Origin: Chiloscyllium plagiosum
Taxonomy: Eukaryota
Length of the DNA: 64,000 nucleotides
Assembly (NCBI RefSeq): GCF_004010195.1
Contig: NC_057718.1
Location: forward strand, 103,215,276-103,279,275
Direction: 5' to 3'
Shown: positions 50,580-62,281 of the stretch, piece after piece
Numbering within the stretch: position 1 is the stretch's first letter
How the letters are laid out: each line of letters starts with the position of its first letter
Notes under the pieces: model-generated
What the model saw: the letters and a program-made list of their open reading frames with translations, nothing else
Database searches by the model: none
What the model was told of the DNA's origin: nothing
Made by a program: the position numbers and the translations under genes

Positions 50580-52660
50580 AGTGTGAGAGCGTGAATATGT
50601 GACAGGGTGGATGAGTGAATGAGTATACATTAATGTGTGTGTGTGTTTATGAATTTATACTAGCATGTGTTTGATTGTATGCAAATGTATATTAGTGCAT
50701 GTGTAATCAATGTGTGCACATAGATGTGATTTGATTTATTATTGTCACGTGTATCGAGACACAGTGAAAAGTATGGTTTTGCGTGCTTTCCAGACAAATC
50801 ACACCTGACATAAGTACATCAGGGAAATAAAATACAATGCAGAATATAACATCATAACTACAGAGAAGGTGCAGAGAAAGCTCAACTCTAATATACGAGA
50901 TGTTCGTTCATAAGTCTGATAACAGCGGGGATAAACAACAGTGTATTATTTGCGTGTGTGAATTGTGAATGTGTGTTTGAGAGTGAGTATATGTTTGTGT
51001 ATTTGTGTGTATATCTGGCAGAGTGTGTGCATGAGAGAGTATAGGTGAAATTGAGGATTGCAGATGCTGGTGATCAGAGTCAGGAGTGTGGTGCTGGAAA
51101 AATCACAGCAGGTCAGGCAGCATCCGAGGAGCAGGAGAATCGATATTTCGGGCATAAGCCCTTCATCATGACCTTCCTTGGATGCTGCCTGACCTGCTGT
51201 GTTTTTCCAACACCATACTTTCATATGAGAGAATATATATTGATGCATATTTGTGTGTATGTGCCTGATTGTGTGTGAAAGTATGTATTAATGCACTTTT
51301 GTGCATGTGTGTTTGGGGGGGGGGTAGTGGGAGTGTTGGTCCATGTGTGTATATCTGATTCTGTGAGAGACAGTGTATATATTAATATGTTTCTCTGTGT
51401 GTATGTATGTGTGTGTATTAAAGCGTGCACGTGCCAAGTGTATGAATTTGACTGTGTCTGAATAAGTGCTTGTGTATTAATTTGTATGGGACAGTGCAAA
51501 TGAGTGTGTGAATTTGTGAGAGACAGTATGAATGAGTGCATGAATTTGTGAGGGAGTGTGTGATTAAGTGAGCGAGTGTAAGTAAGCGGGTCGAACAAAC
51601 AATCTATTGAAACTGTGGACCAGGTGGCCATTTTGATCTAACCTACACTGTATGGTCTGTTAATCAATGCAGTCCAGATAAGTGTGTATTTTTTGTGAAT
51701 GAGTAGTGTGTTTGTGCGTAAATGAGTGTGTACTTTTATGAATTAGTGAGTGTGTACACCTGTGAATGAGTGTGTTTTTGTGTGATTGAATGTGTATGTG
51801 TGTGAATAAGTGTGTATTTTTGTGATAGTGGGTCCTTATACATGTTGGTTTCTGCTGGCCTGCCTTGGAGGGATTCACTGTCACCAACCTATCTTGCTGG
51901 ATTTAGTCTAAGGCACTGGCACCATGTGGGGAAGGATGCACAGGCAACATTCCAGGCAGGAGATAGACTCAATCCTGATGAATAGAATTGCATATAACTT
52001 GGTATGAGTTATATTACACTTAATATACATGACAGTCTCTTCTGAGACAGTTAAGATTGCAATGACGTTACGTCTACAGAAATATTCTCACTCAACATTA
52101 GTAACAAGCACAGAGCTCTCGGGACACTCTGGTTTGCTTCTCCTGGAGCTATCCTCTACGTCCTGATGGACAGAGTTGACCTTATGAGGTCAGTTAACTT
52201 CTTGTGGCTGTAACTGCCTTGTGCAACCTGAATGTATGTGAGTGTGTAAGTGTGTGTGAGTATGTAAGTGTGTACGCTTGAATGAGCTAATGCATAAGTG
52301 TACCTGAGTATGTGTTGATCTGTGTCTCAATGTGACTTTGTGTCTGATTGTGTGACTGAGTGAGTGTGTGTGTGTTTGTGGGTGAGTGAGTGCAAGTTTG
52401 TGTATGTGTGAGTGAGTGTGACTGCGAGTTTGTGTGTACGTTTGTATGAGAGTGTGAGTTTGGGAGTGAATGAGTGAGTATGCATTTGTGAGAGAGTGAG
52501 TGAGTGTGTGCATGTGAGTTTTTGTATGAGTATGTGAGTGAGTGAGTGTGTACGTGTGAGTTTGTGTGTGTGGTTGTGAATATGTGTTTGTGTATGAGAA
52601 TGAGTGTGTGCATGTATGAGTGAGTGAGTCTGTGCATTTGAGTTTGCGAATGTAAGTGAT
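50580..52660. repeat. Extended degenerate TG-rich low-complexity region
   Basis: (TG)n/(TGAG)n-like tracts interrupted by repeats; source of the His/Thr-rich spurious ORFs. Confidence 0.85.
51044..51224. mobile_element. Family B palindromic element
   Basis: TSD-like atgagagagtata (51031-51043) / atgagagaatata (51225-51237). Confidence 0.8.
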
Positions 52661-52674
52661 TGTGAACATCCGAG

Positions 52675-52956
52675 TTAAAAATCACACACCACCAGGTTAT
52701 AGTCCAACAGGTTTAATTGGAAGCACTAGCTTTCAGAGCGCTCCACCGTGCCGCCCACTACCACCGTGCCGCCCACTGCCACCGTGCCCGATTGTGAACA
52801 TCCGAGTTAAAAATCACACACCACCAGGTTATAGTCCAACAGGTTTAATTGGAAGCACTAGCTTTCAGAGCGCTGCTCCTTCATCAGGTGGTTGTATAGC
52901 CTAGTGTTGTGTGATTTTCAACTTTGTACACCCCAGTCCAACACCAGCATCTCCAA
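52675..52956. mobile_element. Family A element with a locally duplicated left part
   Basis: Consensus match; TSD-like attgtgaacatccgagt / attgtgaatatctgagt. Confidence 0.8.
52859..52887 (-). ncRNA. Minimal hammerhead motif, family A
   Basis: Reverse complement: cac CTGATGA A GGAGC AGC GCTCT GAAA GCTA gtg. Confidence 0.75.
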
Positions 52957-54293
52957 ATTGTGAATATCTGAGTGTGAGTGCACTGTCCTAGTAACTGGGC
53001 AGAGTGTCATTAGGGAACAAAGGAGAGGCTTGGGTGTTTTCAAATTAATCGTGAGCATCTGGTCACTAGAAGTGCAGATTTTTCTGAGTGCTAGACACTG
53101 CTTTGTTGAACACATTGCCACTTACTGCTGACGTTCTGGAGATCACAGATCCATTCCCCTCATTGGGGAAGTGGTAAAGGCTGTTCTTTCTGCTGGTTGA
53201 CAGAGAACCACATGAAATTCCTGATTGCGAATCGTCACTTTCCACGTGTTATGGCTCTGGATATGATATCGACATCATAAATCATTCTCATCATTGCATT
53301 GGCTGTGCACATTGGCTGATCTGATGCTTCAATGGTGACTAGAAACATGGACAGCTGCTTGGACGAAAGATGCAGCTGGTGAGAATAACAACTGCTGGGG
53401 AACGACCCTGTGCCTTTGCCAGGTGACAGGACATACAAATAGCCACTGTTTATTTATCTTCTCGGAAGCTGCATCCCCTACCTTCTCCCACCCTCCCCCA
53501 CTTGCTGCTTTGGGATCATTCTGTACCAGGTACTCTCCAGCAGAGCCTCCCCAGTCTCCTTTAGCTGCCGTGCACATGGTCAGTCACAAGGAGGTGCCAT
53601 GAGGTTTGTGGGATATGAAAGGGGATTGACAGAGTAGACATGGGGCAATACAGACCCAGGGGTCATAGTTCCCAGGTGAGGGGTAGCAGATTTTATAACA
53701 CAGATGAGGAGGAATTACTTCCCTCAAAGGATTGTGAATCTGTGGAATTCACTGCCTCAACATGGGGAATTAGGCCATTCAACCGATTGAGTCCGCTTCA
53801 CCATTCGATCATGGCTGATATATTTCTCAACCTCCATTCTCCTGCCTTCTCCCCAGAACATGTCAGCCCCTTACAATCAAGAACCTATCTATCTCTGTCT
53901 TAAAGACACTCAATGATGTTTTATGGGATGAGAATGTTGCTGACTGAACCAACATTTATTGCCCAGAGGGCAGTTAAGAGTTAACCACCTCACTTTGTGT
54001 CTGGAGTCACATGTAGGCCAGGTAAGGGTGGCAGTTTTGTTCCCTGAAGGACATTAGTGAACTAGATGGGTTTTTCCTAACAATCAACACTGTCATCATT
54101 ACACTGGTAAAGATTTTACTAAGTTCAAATTATACCTGCCATGGCAGGATTTGAACCCAGGTTCCCAGAGTCAAGAGTCTAGTGATAACACTATTAGGTC
54201 ATTGTCTCCCATACCTTTGGGCACCACAGCCTTCTGTCGCAATGAGTTTCATGGATTGACCAACCTCTGGCTGAAGAAATTGCTCCTCATCTC

Positions 54294-54492
54294 AGAAAAG
54301 CACAGCAGGTCAAGCAGCATCCGAGGATCAGGAGAGTCGACGTTTCGGGCAAAAGCCCTTTATCTGGAAACTTATGAAGGGCTTATGCACGAAACGTCAA
54401 TTCTCCTGCTCCTCGGATGCTGCCTGACCTGCTGCGCTTTTCCAGCAACACACTCTCGACTCTGATCTCCAGCATCTGCAGTCCTCACTCTT
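54294..54492. mobile_element. Family B palindromic element
   Basis: Inverted arms gaaaagcacagcaggtc / gacctgctgcgcttttc with two decayed hammerhead motifs. Confidence 0.8.
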
Positions 54493-54670
54493 TCTTCATC
54501 TCGGTAAATTTAAATAGTGTTGGGGAGAAGGTTTTCAACGAAGCCATTCTGGGGAATGGACAGGGAAGTGGAGTCGAGGCCAAGATGGGATTAGCCACAA
54601 TCGTACTGAATGACAGAGCATAATTGATGGGCTGAATGGCCTCTTCCTGTTGCTGGCTCACGTGTTTTAA

Positions 54671-54860
54671 GATTTGGAGGTGCCGGTGTTGGACTGAGGT
54701 GGACAATGTTAAAAATCACACAACATCAGGCTATATTCCAATAGATTTATTTGGAAGCACTAGCTTTCAGAACCACCTGATGAAGGAGCAGCGCTCCGAA
54801 AGTTAGTGCTTCCAAATAAACCTGTTGGACTATAACCTAGTGTTGTGTGATGTTTAACTG
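54671..54860. mobile_element. Family A palindromic element
   Basis: Inverted arms around the hammerhead at 54777. Confidence 0.8.
54777..54805 (+). ncRNA. Minimal hammerhead motif, family A
   Basis: cac CTGATGA A GGAGC AGC GCTCC GAAA GTTA gtg. Confidence 0.7.
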
Positions 54861-54950
54861 TGTCTTTATAAGATATGGCCCTGACGTGTCCAGCTTTCCT
54901 GTCCTCTCTTGCCTCATTGTGGGGAGTTCACTTGTTACTGCTCAACACCA

Positions 54951-55321
54951 GGTGAAAGTGAGTACTGCAGATGCTGGAGATCAGAGTCAAGATTGTAGTG
55001 GTGCTGGAAAAGCACAGCAGGTCAGGCAGCATCCGAGGAGCAGGAAAAACGACATTTCAGGCAAAAGTTAAAAATCACGCAACACCAGGTTATAGTCCAA
55101 CAGGTTTATTTGGAAGCACTAGCTTTCGGAGCGCTGCTCCTTCATCAGATGATTGTGGCGAATGTGTGATTTTTAACTTTGTACACCCCAGTCCAACACC
55201 AGCATCTCCAAATCATTTCAGACCCTTCATTAGGAGTCTGCCCGAATTTTGCCAGAAATGTCCATTCTCCTGCTCCTCAGATGCTGCCTGACCTGTTGTG
55301 CTTTTCCAGCACCACTCTAAT
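54951..55321. mobile_element. Family B palindromic element containing a nested family A element (about 55064-55213)
   Basis: Outer TSD-like cttgttactgctcaacacca / cttgctgctgctcagcatca; inner TSD catttcag at 55053-55060 and 55214-55221. Confidence 0.85.
55120..55148 (-). ncRNA. Minimal type I hammerhead ribozyme motif, family A, core intact
   Basis: Reverse complement: CTGATGA A GGAGC AGC GCTCC GAAA GCTA; perfect 5-bp stem II, palindromic AGCT stem III, CUA cleavage triplet. Confidence 0.8.
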
Positions 55322-55657
55322 CTTGCTGCTGCTCAGCATCACCCTCACAAAAGGCAGACTGCTGGCCTGTAACGCATCACTGGGACAACAACAACTTCCA
55401 TTTATATATCACCCGCCTCATGGGAACATTTTTAAGCTCGATCTGACATTGAGCTGCGTGGCAGGGCACCAGGAGGGACCACCAAAGATTTGCAGAAAGG
55501 CAGCAGGTTTAAAGAGAGTCTGGGAAGGAGGGAGGTGTGAAGGTGAGGGGGAGTGTGTGTAGCCAGAGGGGTTTTAGGGAGAGGCGGAGATCCCCGAATT
55601 TGCATCCCAGCTGAAGGGATGGCCACCACTGGCCCGAGCAGATGAAGCTGGGGATTT

Positions 55658-55878
55658 GAGCTGAAAAATGTGTTGCTGGAAAAGCGCAGCAGGTCAGGCA
55701 GCATCTAAGGAGCAGGAGAATTGACGTTTCAGGCATAAGCTCTTCATCAGGAATAAAGAAGGGCTTATGCCCGAAACGTCGATTCTCCTGCTCCTTGGAT
55801 GCTGCCTGACCTGCTGCGCTTTTCCAGCAACACATTTTTCAGCTGTGATCTCCAGCATCTGCGGTCCTCACTTTCTCA
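55658..55878. mobile_element. Family B palindromic element
   Basis: TSD aagctggg(g)atttg on both sides; minus-strand hammerhead at 55723-55750. Confidence 0.85.
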
Positions 55879-57457
55879 AAGCTGGGGATTTGGCCTGGCC
55901 AGTTGAGACGGCTGCAGAGGCTAGCGAGGGTGGTGGCACTGATTGCAGAGATAGGAGAGGAGAGGCCAGGCCAGGGAGGGATTTAAAACCAAGGCCGAGA
56001 ATTTTAATTACAGACAGAAACTCATGTCTTGCCGTCAATTTTAATAGCTTGATTAACCAGCAGCAATTTCTGAAAATGTCACACAATTTCTGCATCATTG
56101 GTGCCTGTACAAAAACTGTAGAAGAGGACTTCAGTTTATAATGGGTTATGACAATTAAATTGTTGTGTCACTTTAAGACTAGCATTAATCTTCACTTGTC
56201 ATTCCTGCTTAATGCAGGTTGTAAAAGGCTCTGTGTTTTAATGAATTGGGATGCATGAGGTCTTTTGGCATTGAATAACTGACAATGTGCTGGTCACCCT
56301 GAACTCATCATAAAATCTCTGAGAGCAGTGGAAATATGATCATCTGACCAGGGAGGACATCCATTTCCTAATGACAACACTGACCAGTGACAGTCAAGTA
56401 ATTATCTTCCACGCCATCAGTCAACGCTTCCATCCTTTCAAGTATTGCTGTTCTTAATTAATCGTGTTTAGCAAAACCACACCTTTTGCTCTCAATAGCC
56501 GTCAAGCTCCTCTGAGATTCAGAGCCAGCAAAAAAAATTTGTGGCCAAAATCTGAATCCTGACGGAGCATTACTGCTGACTGACCTCCCATCTCGAGCTA
56601 AGAATCTATCAGAGTATGGCTGACAGTCTTGAGCTGGAACATGCTAATTCGCCCCATTGTTTCAGGGTGAATGGCTTCACAGTATTTATCAACAATGGAT
56701 TTTGCATAAACCTCCTCATTTAGGGGGATTTCATTTGAACTTTTTTGTCTCATCTAGCCTGCCCCTCCCCCTCCCCCCACCACACACATAAGGAAATAGC
56801 CAGGGAGAATTATTTTGTTTTTAAATTCCGTGTGTTACAAGGGATTACCAATAGGATTAAGTGTGTCAGCCTGGCTATTTTATATTCATTGCTGCTAAAT
56901 GCGCAAATGGTGGACATGTTATTCCTAGAGATCAACTATAGGACCGTCTTTGTCATTACAGGAACACTGCCCATTATAATTTCTTTAAAACAAACTCACA
57001 CATATTTTAAAGGTTATTGTGTGGAGAGCCCGTATTGCAACAGAGTCAGAAACAGAATCCACATTTCTTGCCTTCTACACTGACACAGTGAATAAAATAT
57101 TCTGCAATGTTTTGTCTGGCACACCTCAGGAACCTCAGTTTCTCACAGACCTTGAAAGAATATGACAGCAAAACGTCAAGAACAATGTAGGCACATTGAA
57201 AGGAGAAAGGATTCCTGAAGGTTTTGGATTACGGCATTTGGATTCCTTCCCAATAACCGTTACCAGCCTCTGTATTGCTAGTTTTCAATGGCCTACCATG
57301 AGCTTCCACACTTTCAAATTTCTGGGCCCCACACTCTGGTATTCTCTCCCCAGCGCTCCCAATCCCTCCAGCACTCTCTCCTTTCAGATGCTTCATCATA
57401 GCTATCTTTCTTGGCCTAAAATCTCTTTGCATGACTCTGTCAAACTTTACTCGATAA

Positions 57458-57552
57458 ATTCCTGATGAATACCTTTGGCCCAAAACGTCGATTTTCCTGC
57501 TCCTTGGATGCTGCCTGACCCACTGTGCTTTTCCAGCACCACTCTAATCTCA
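57458..57552 (+). mobile_element. Family B single-arm fragment; further fragments at 10433-10498 and 18416-18495
   Basis: ttcctgatgaa...cccaaaacgtcgattttcctgctccttggatgctgcctgacc. Confidence 0.75.
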
Positions 57553-60500
57553 AATTCTGCACCATCTCTTTGATTGTGTAGTTTGATGCTACGATTTGAG
57601 TTTAGGTCTGAGACAGACAGGTTGAAGAGGAGGCCAAGTCAAGAACTGTCTTCAGATTTTGACTCCAAGGTAACTATATTTATGGTACGTTAATATTAAA
57701 TACCACAATACATTGTAATCTTATACATTCTAACTTACACTGGAGTTAGGGTGTCGACTAATTGATCTTATTTGTGTGTTCATTTTCATGTGCTCTCAAG
57801 ACTTTCTCTCATTCTAGAGTGGTCTGGTGTAGAGTGTTCTAACTCCGCCCACACTGTGCCATTCATACGCAGCGATGTGCAGATCTTTGATATCAATGCA
57901 AGGTAGCTCCAGATTGCTGAAGCCCTTATAGAACACTATTCTCCATAAGTTCACAATAATTCCAAGTTTTGTTTTATCATCTGCAAGTTGTAGATGCATG
58001 TCCTCAATTTCAAGGTCTATATCTTACACGTGTACCTGGAAGAGCAAGAGACTGAATCTTAACCACTGGGGAATCTCTACTGTAAATGTTCATCCAATCC
58101 AAAAATTACCCTGTAACCACTACTTTGAGTTTGATCAGAGGTCACAGTTACATGGTACTTTATCAAAAGTCTTTTCAAAGTTCATACACACCATATTCAC
58201 AGTGTTACCCTCAACAGTCCTCTCAGTTAGCCCAAGAGAAATGTCCAGTAAGTATGTCAAACATGATTCTTTAATTATCCCACATTTGCCCAGGTGATGA
58301 AGATCCCTTTCCTGAAATATTGTTACTGGAATCAAGGGAGACCTGAATTCATGGCACTTATTCTGTCGCGATCAATAGAGTCAGTGATACCTTTGACAAC
58401 TCCTCTAGACCCTATGACACGGGGTGGAAGTAGAGACATTACATTGCGTAATAACACATGTATTCGGAACAGGCGTAGGCCCATCGGCCCTTCAAGCCTG
58501 CTGTGCCATTCAATTGGATTATAGCTGATTTGATCACTTTATATTGCTGCCTAACGCCTCAAACAGTATTTCACCCCCTTGCATCTAACTCTTCTGAGAG
58601 GGTTGAACTTGCTTATGCCTTTGAACTCCAGAACAAAACTACTCTAAGAGGACAGCAGAACTACTGAGGAAAGATGAGATAATGTCAGCGATAGTCCAGG
58701 CAGGACTCAGTCCCTCAGGAAAAGAGGCAAGGACTGCAAACCGGGCCCATTTACTCAGAGGTGATTTGCAACATCAAGCAATGTCAAAAATGTTGACACC
58801 ATTCAGGACAAAGCAGTCCACTTGATTGGCGCCACACCCACTCCCTCAACTCCTGACACCCAGTAGCAGCAGTGCGTACCATCTACAAGATGCACTGCAG
58901 AAATTCAACAAAGATCCTCCGACACTACCTTCCAAACCCAAGACCATTTCAATCTAGAAGGACAAGGGCAGCAGATAGATGGGAATGCCACCCCCTGCAA
59001 CTTCCCTTCTGAGCCACTCACCAGCTTGACTTGGAAATATATCGCCGTTCCTTCACTGTCAATGGGTCAAACTCCTGGAATTTCCTCCCAAAGTGCATTG
59101 TGGGTTGACCTACAGCACATGGACTGCAGAGGTTCAAGGAGGCAGCTCACCATCCCAAGGGGCAACTAGGGACAGGCAATAAATACTGGCTCAGCCAGTG
59201 ATGCTCACATCCCATGAATTAAAAATTAGAAAAGAAACTAATAGAACTAGAGGCCAACAAGTCCCCTTTATGGAATTGAACTCAATGGAATGTAAAGGAA
59301 TCAGGGGAGGATCTGATTGAAACTCACAGAATACTGAGAGCTCTAGATAGAGTGAACATGGAGAAGATGTTTCCACCAATAAGAGAGACTAGGAAGTGAG
59401 GTCATAGCCTCAGTGTGAAGGGAGATGAGGAGGAATTTCTTCAGCCAGAGGGTGGTGACTCTATGGATCTACAGAAGGACCTACAGATGCCCAGTCATTA
59501 AGTGTATTTAAGACAGAAATAGATGTGTTTTTGATTTGTAACAGGATTAAGACTTATGGGAGAATGGGTTTGAGAAACATATCAGCCATGATTGAATGAT
59601 GGAGCAGACTCGATGGGCTAAATGGCCTAATTCTAGGTTTTTTTATATCTTGATAACTTTATGGATAGAAAAATATCAAAAAATTAGATGTAATCTTGAC
59701 AGAAATAATTGGTTATTGGATTTAATTTTTCAAACAACATTTCAGTTGTAAATATTTCAACCACAGGCTTTAAAATTATTGAACTATTCACATTATATCA
59801 TTATGCTGACTAATTTAACAAGTCCATATCAATATGTTCGCTGTTGATTTACCAATATTCACACTGTATCAACAAGCCCAAGTGGAATTTGCAAAGTCCC
59901 ATGTTGTAGCGTAATTATCTCATTATCTGTGACAATAAGAACAGTTGCTTCATCCACACTATTGTCAGTTGGACTCTGTAAACCAAGGTCCAGATCAATT
60001 TTATCAGGTAGAGGCTCAACTGTTACTTAAAATTAATTTCCAAATCATTTGAATTCAAAAGAACATTCATTACCCAGAGACTTGTTGGAAAATGGAACTC
60101 ACTGCCGTTAGTATGACAGGTGAAAAACTGAGATGCAGGAAAGCTGGATGAACACATGAGTGAGGAAGGAGTGGAACAAAGGAAATAAGAGCAGGAATAG
60201 GCCATTCGTCCCATTGAACTGATTCCATCATTCAACCAGATCATGGGTGATTATCTATCTCAATGTCATTTCTCAGCAGCATTCCCATATCTCTTGATGT
60301 CTATAACATCCAGAAATCGATAAATCTCAGTCCCGAACATTCTCAATGACCAAGGCTCCACCATGTCCTCTTGGGTAGACAACTTCAAATTTCCCACCCC
60401 CTGAATTCTTCTCATCTCAGTTCTAAATGGCGTACCCCTCATTCTGAGAATGGGGCCCCTGTTCAGTGAATGCGATGGATATTTTAGATAGGGTGGATGA

Positions 60501-60751
60501 AGAGCAGTGAAGATTTATGTTGGGCCAAATGGCCTGTTTCTGTGCTGTGCTGTGCAATCCTTTTTATTTCACAAGTAAGGGCAGAATTTTATTGAGCCAC
60601 TTTGAGGAGTTGATAGTGGATTTTGCTTTTAGACTATTGCAATTCTCACGATGCAATGATATAATTAAGATGAAGACTCTGGTTCATGACTCTCAATAAA
60701 ACAATGTTCTGTTGCTCAACTATCATGAGATACTATTTTGTATTAATGATG

Positions 60752-61128
60752 TAGAGTCATAGAGTCATAGAGGCGTACAGCACGGAAACAGACCCTTCCA
60801 TCCAAATCCTCCATGCCAACCAGATATGCTAACCCTAATCTCGTCCATTTACCAGCACTTGGCCCATATCACTCTAAACCTTTCCTATTCATATACCCAT
60901 CCAAATGCCTTTTAAATTTTGTAATTGTACCAGCCTCCACCAATTCCTCTGATAGCTCATTCCTCTGCGTGAAAAAATTGTTGCTTGGGTCCCTTTTAAA
61001 TCTTTCCCCTCTCACCCGAAACTTATGCCCTCTAGTTCTGGACTCCCCCATCCTAGAGAAAAGACCTTGTCTATTTACCCTATCCATGCCCCTCATGATT
61101 TTATAAACCTCTATTAGGTCACCCCTAA
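60752..61128 (-). mobile_element. CR1/HER1 3' fragment
   Basis: LRGDLIEVYKIMRGMDRV..TRGHKFRVRGERFKRD. Confidence 0.9.
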
Positions 61129-61270
61129 GTGTCTGATGCTGATGGAGTCCTGATGGAGTCCATAATCTTATTAAAAACAGCAAAGTTTGTAATGATCTAT
61201 GTCTTATTGTAAAATTGCTATAGTAGAATGAAAATACAATTTCACTCAAAAAAACCTTTCTCAACATTAT

Positions 61271-61436
61271 GATTTGGAGACGCCATTATTGGACTGGGGT
61301 GTACAAAGTTTAAAATCACACAACATGAGGTTAAAGTCCAACAGGTTTATTTGGAAGCAGGAAGGAGCAGTGGTTCGAAAGCTAGTGCTTCCAAATAAAC
61401 CTGTTGGACTATAACCTGGTGTTTTGTGATTTTTAA
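61271..61436. mobile_element. Family A palindromic element
   Basis: Inverted arms; 15-bp TSD ctttctcaacattat at 61256-61270 and 61437-61451. Confidence 0.85.
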
Positions 61437-62281
61437 CTTTCTCAACATTATCTGAAATTACTGCTTAACTGAGCTGCTCTCATTTAAGTCAATTTATCAA
61501 TAAATCATTACCAACATTTAGCAACAAAGAAATGAACAACAAGACTTTCTTCACGAACCTGAAAAGGAAATGTGCAACTAAAGTGAGCATTTGTTCTGTC
61601 AAAGGTAAGAGAGTGGAAATGCTACAGAAAGATAAGGAAATGGCACATGTATCAAGACAGGTTTTGTGGCTGGAATTCTCGTTCCAAGGTCAGAGATAAA
61701 TGCAATCTGGGAGGAAGTGCGCCAAAACGTCAGATTTTTGGTTTCAAGGGTGAAGGGGGGTGGGGTCGTAGCTGGGTGGAGGCAGTCTTAAGGTTTGGAA
61801 TCTTGCCTTGGTGCCCTGGCATTCTTTCAAGACAGGGAAAAGAAGACAATGAAAACCAACATTGGCCAACATCTCCTCACCCCTCACACTCTCTCCATGC
61901 CCCCTTCACTCTGACTCATGCCATCTTATGACTTAAAACCACCACTCACACTCCGTATCTTTCCAGCCATCTACCATGTTAATTACACCCCCTACACTAA
62001 CTTCTTGCCAATTCACAGCAACACATGTCCAAACCAACAAACTTTACTTTAACACCTTCCATGACAACTTCATGTATTTATGAATTCACTACTTCAAAAA
62101 AGAAATACTCTCATTGATAAAAAAAATCTATTCACTGCAGTGAACTTCCTGTAATACCTTGCAAAAATAAAATTGGATTCATTTTTCCACTTCAAAGAGA
62201 CTAAAATCATGTCAATCAAGCTATGAATTGAAAGGCACCCCACTGTAACAATGGAAAGTTATGAAATTATCAAAGAGTCAA

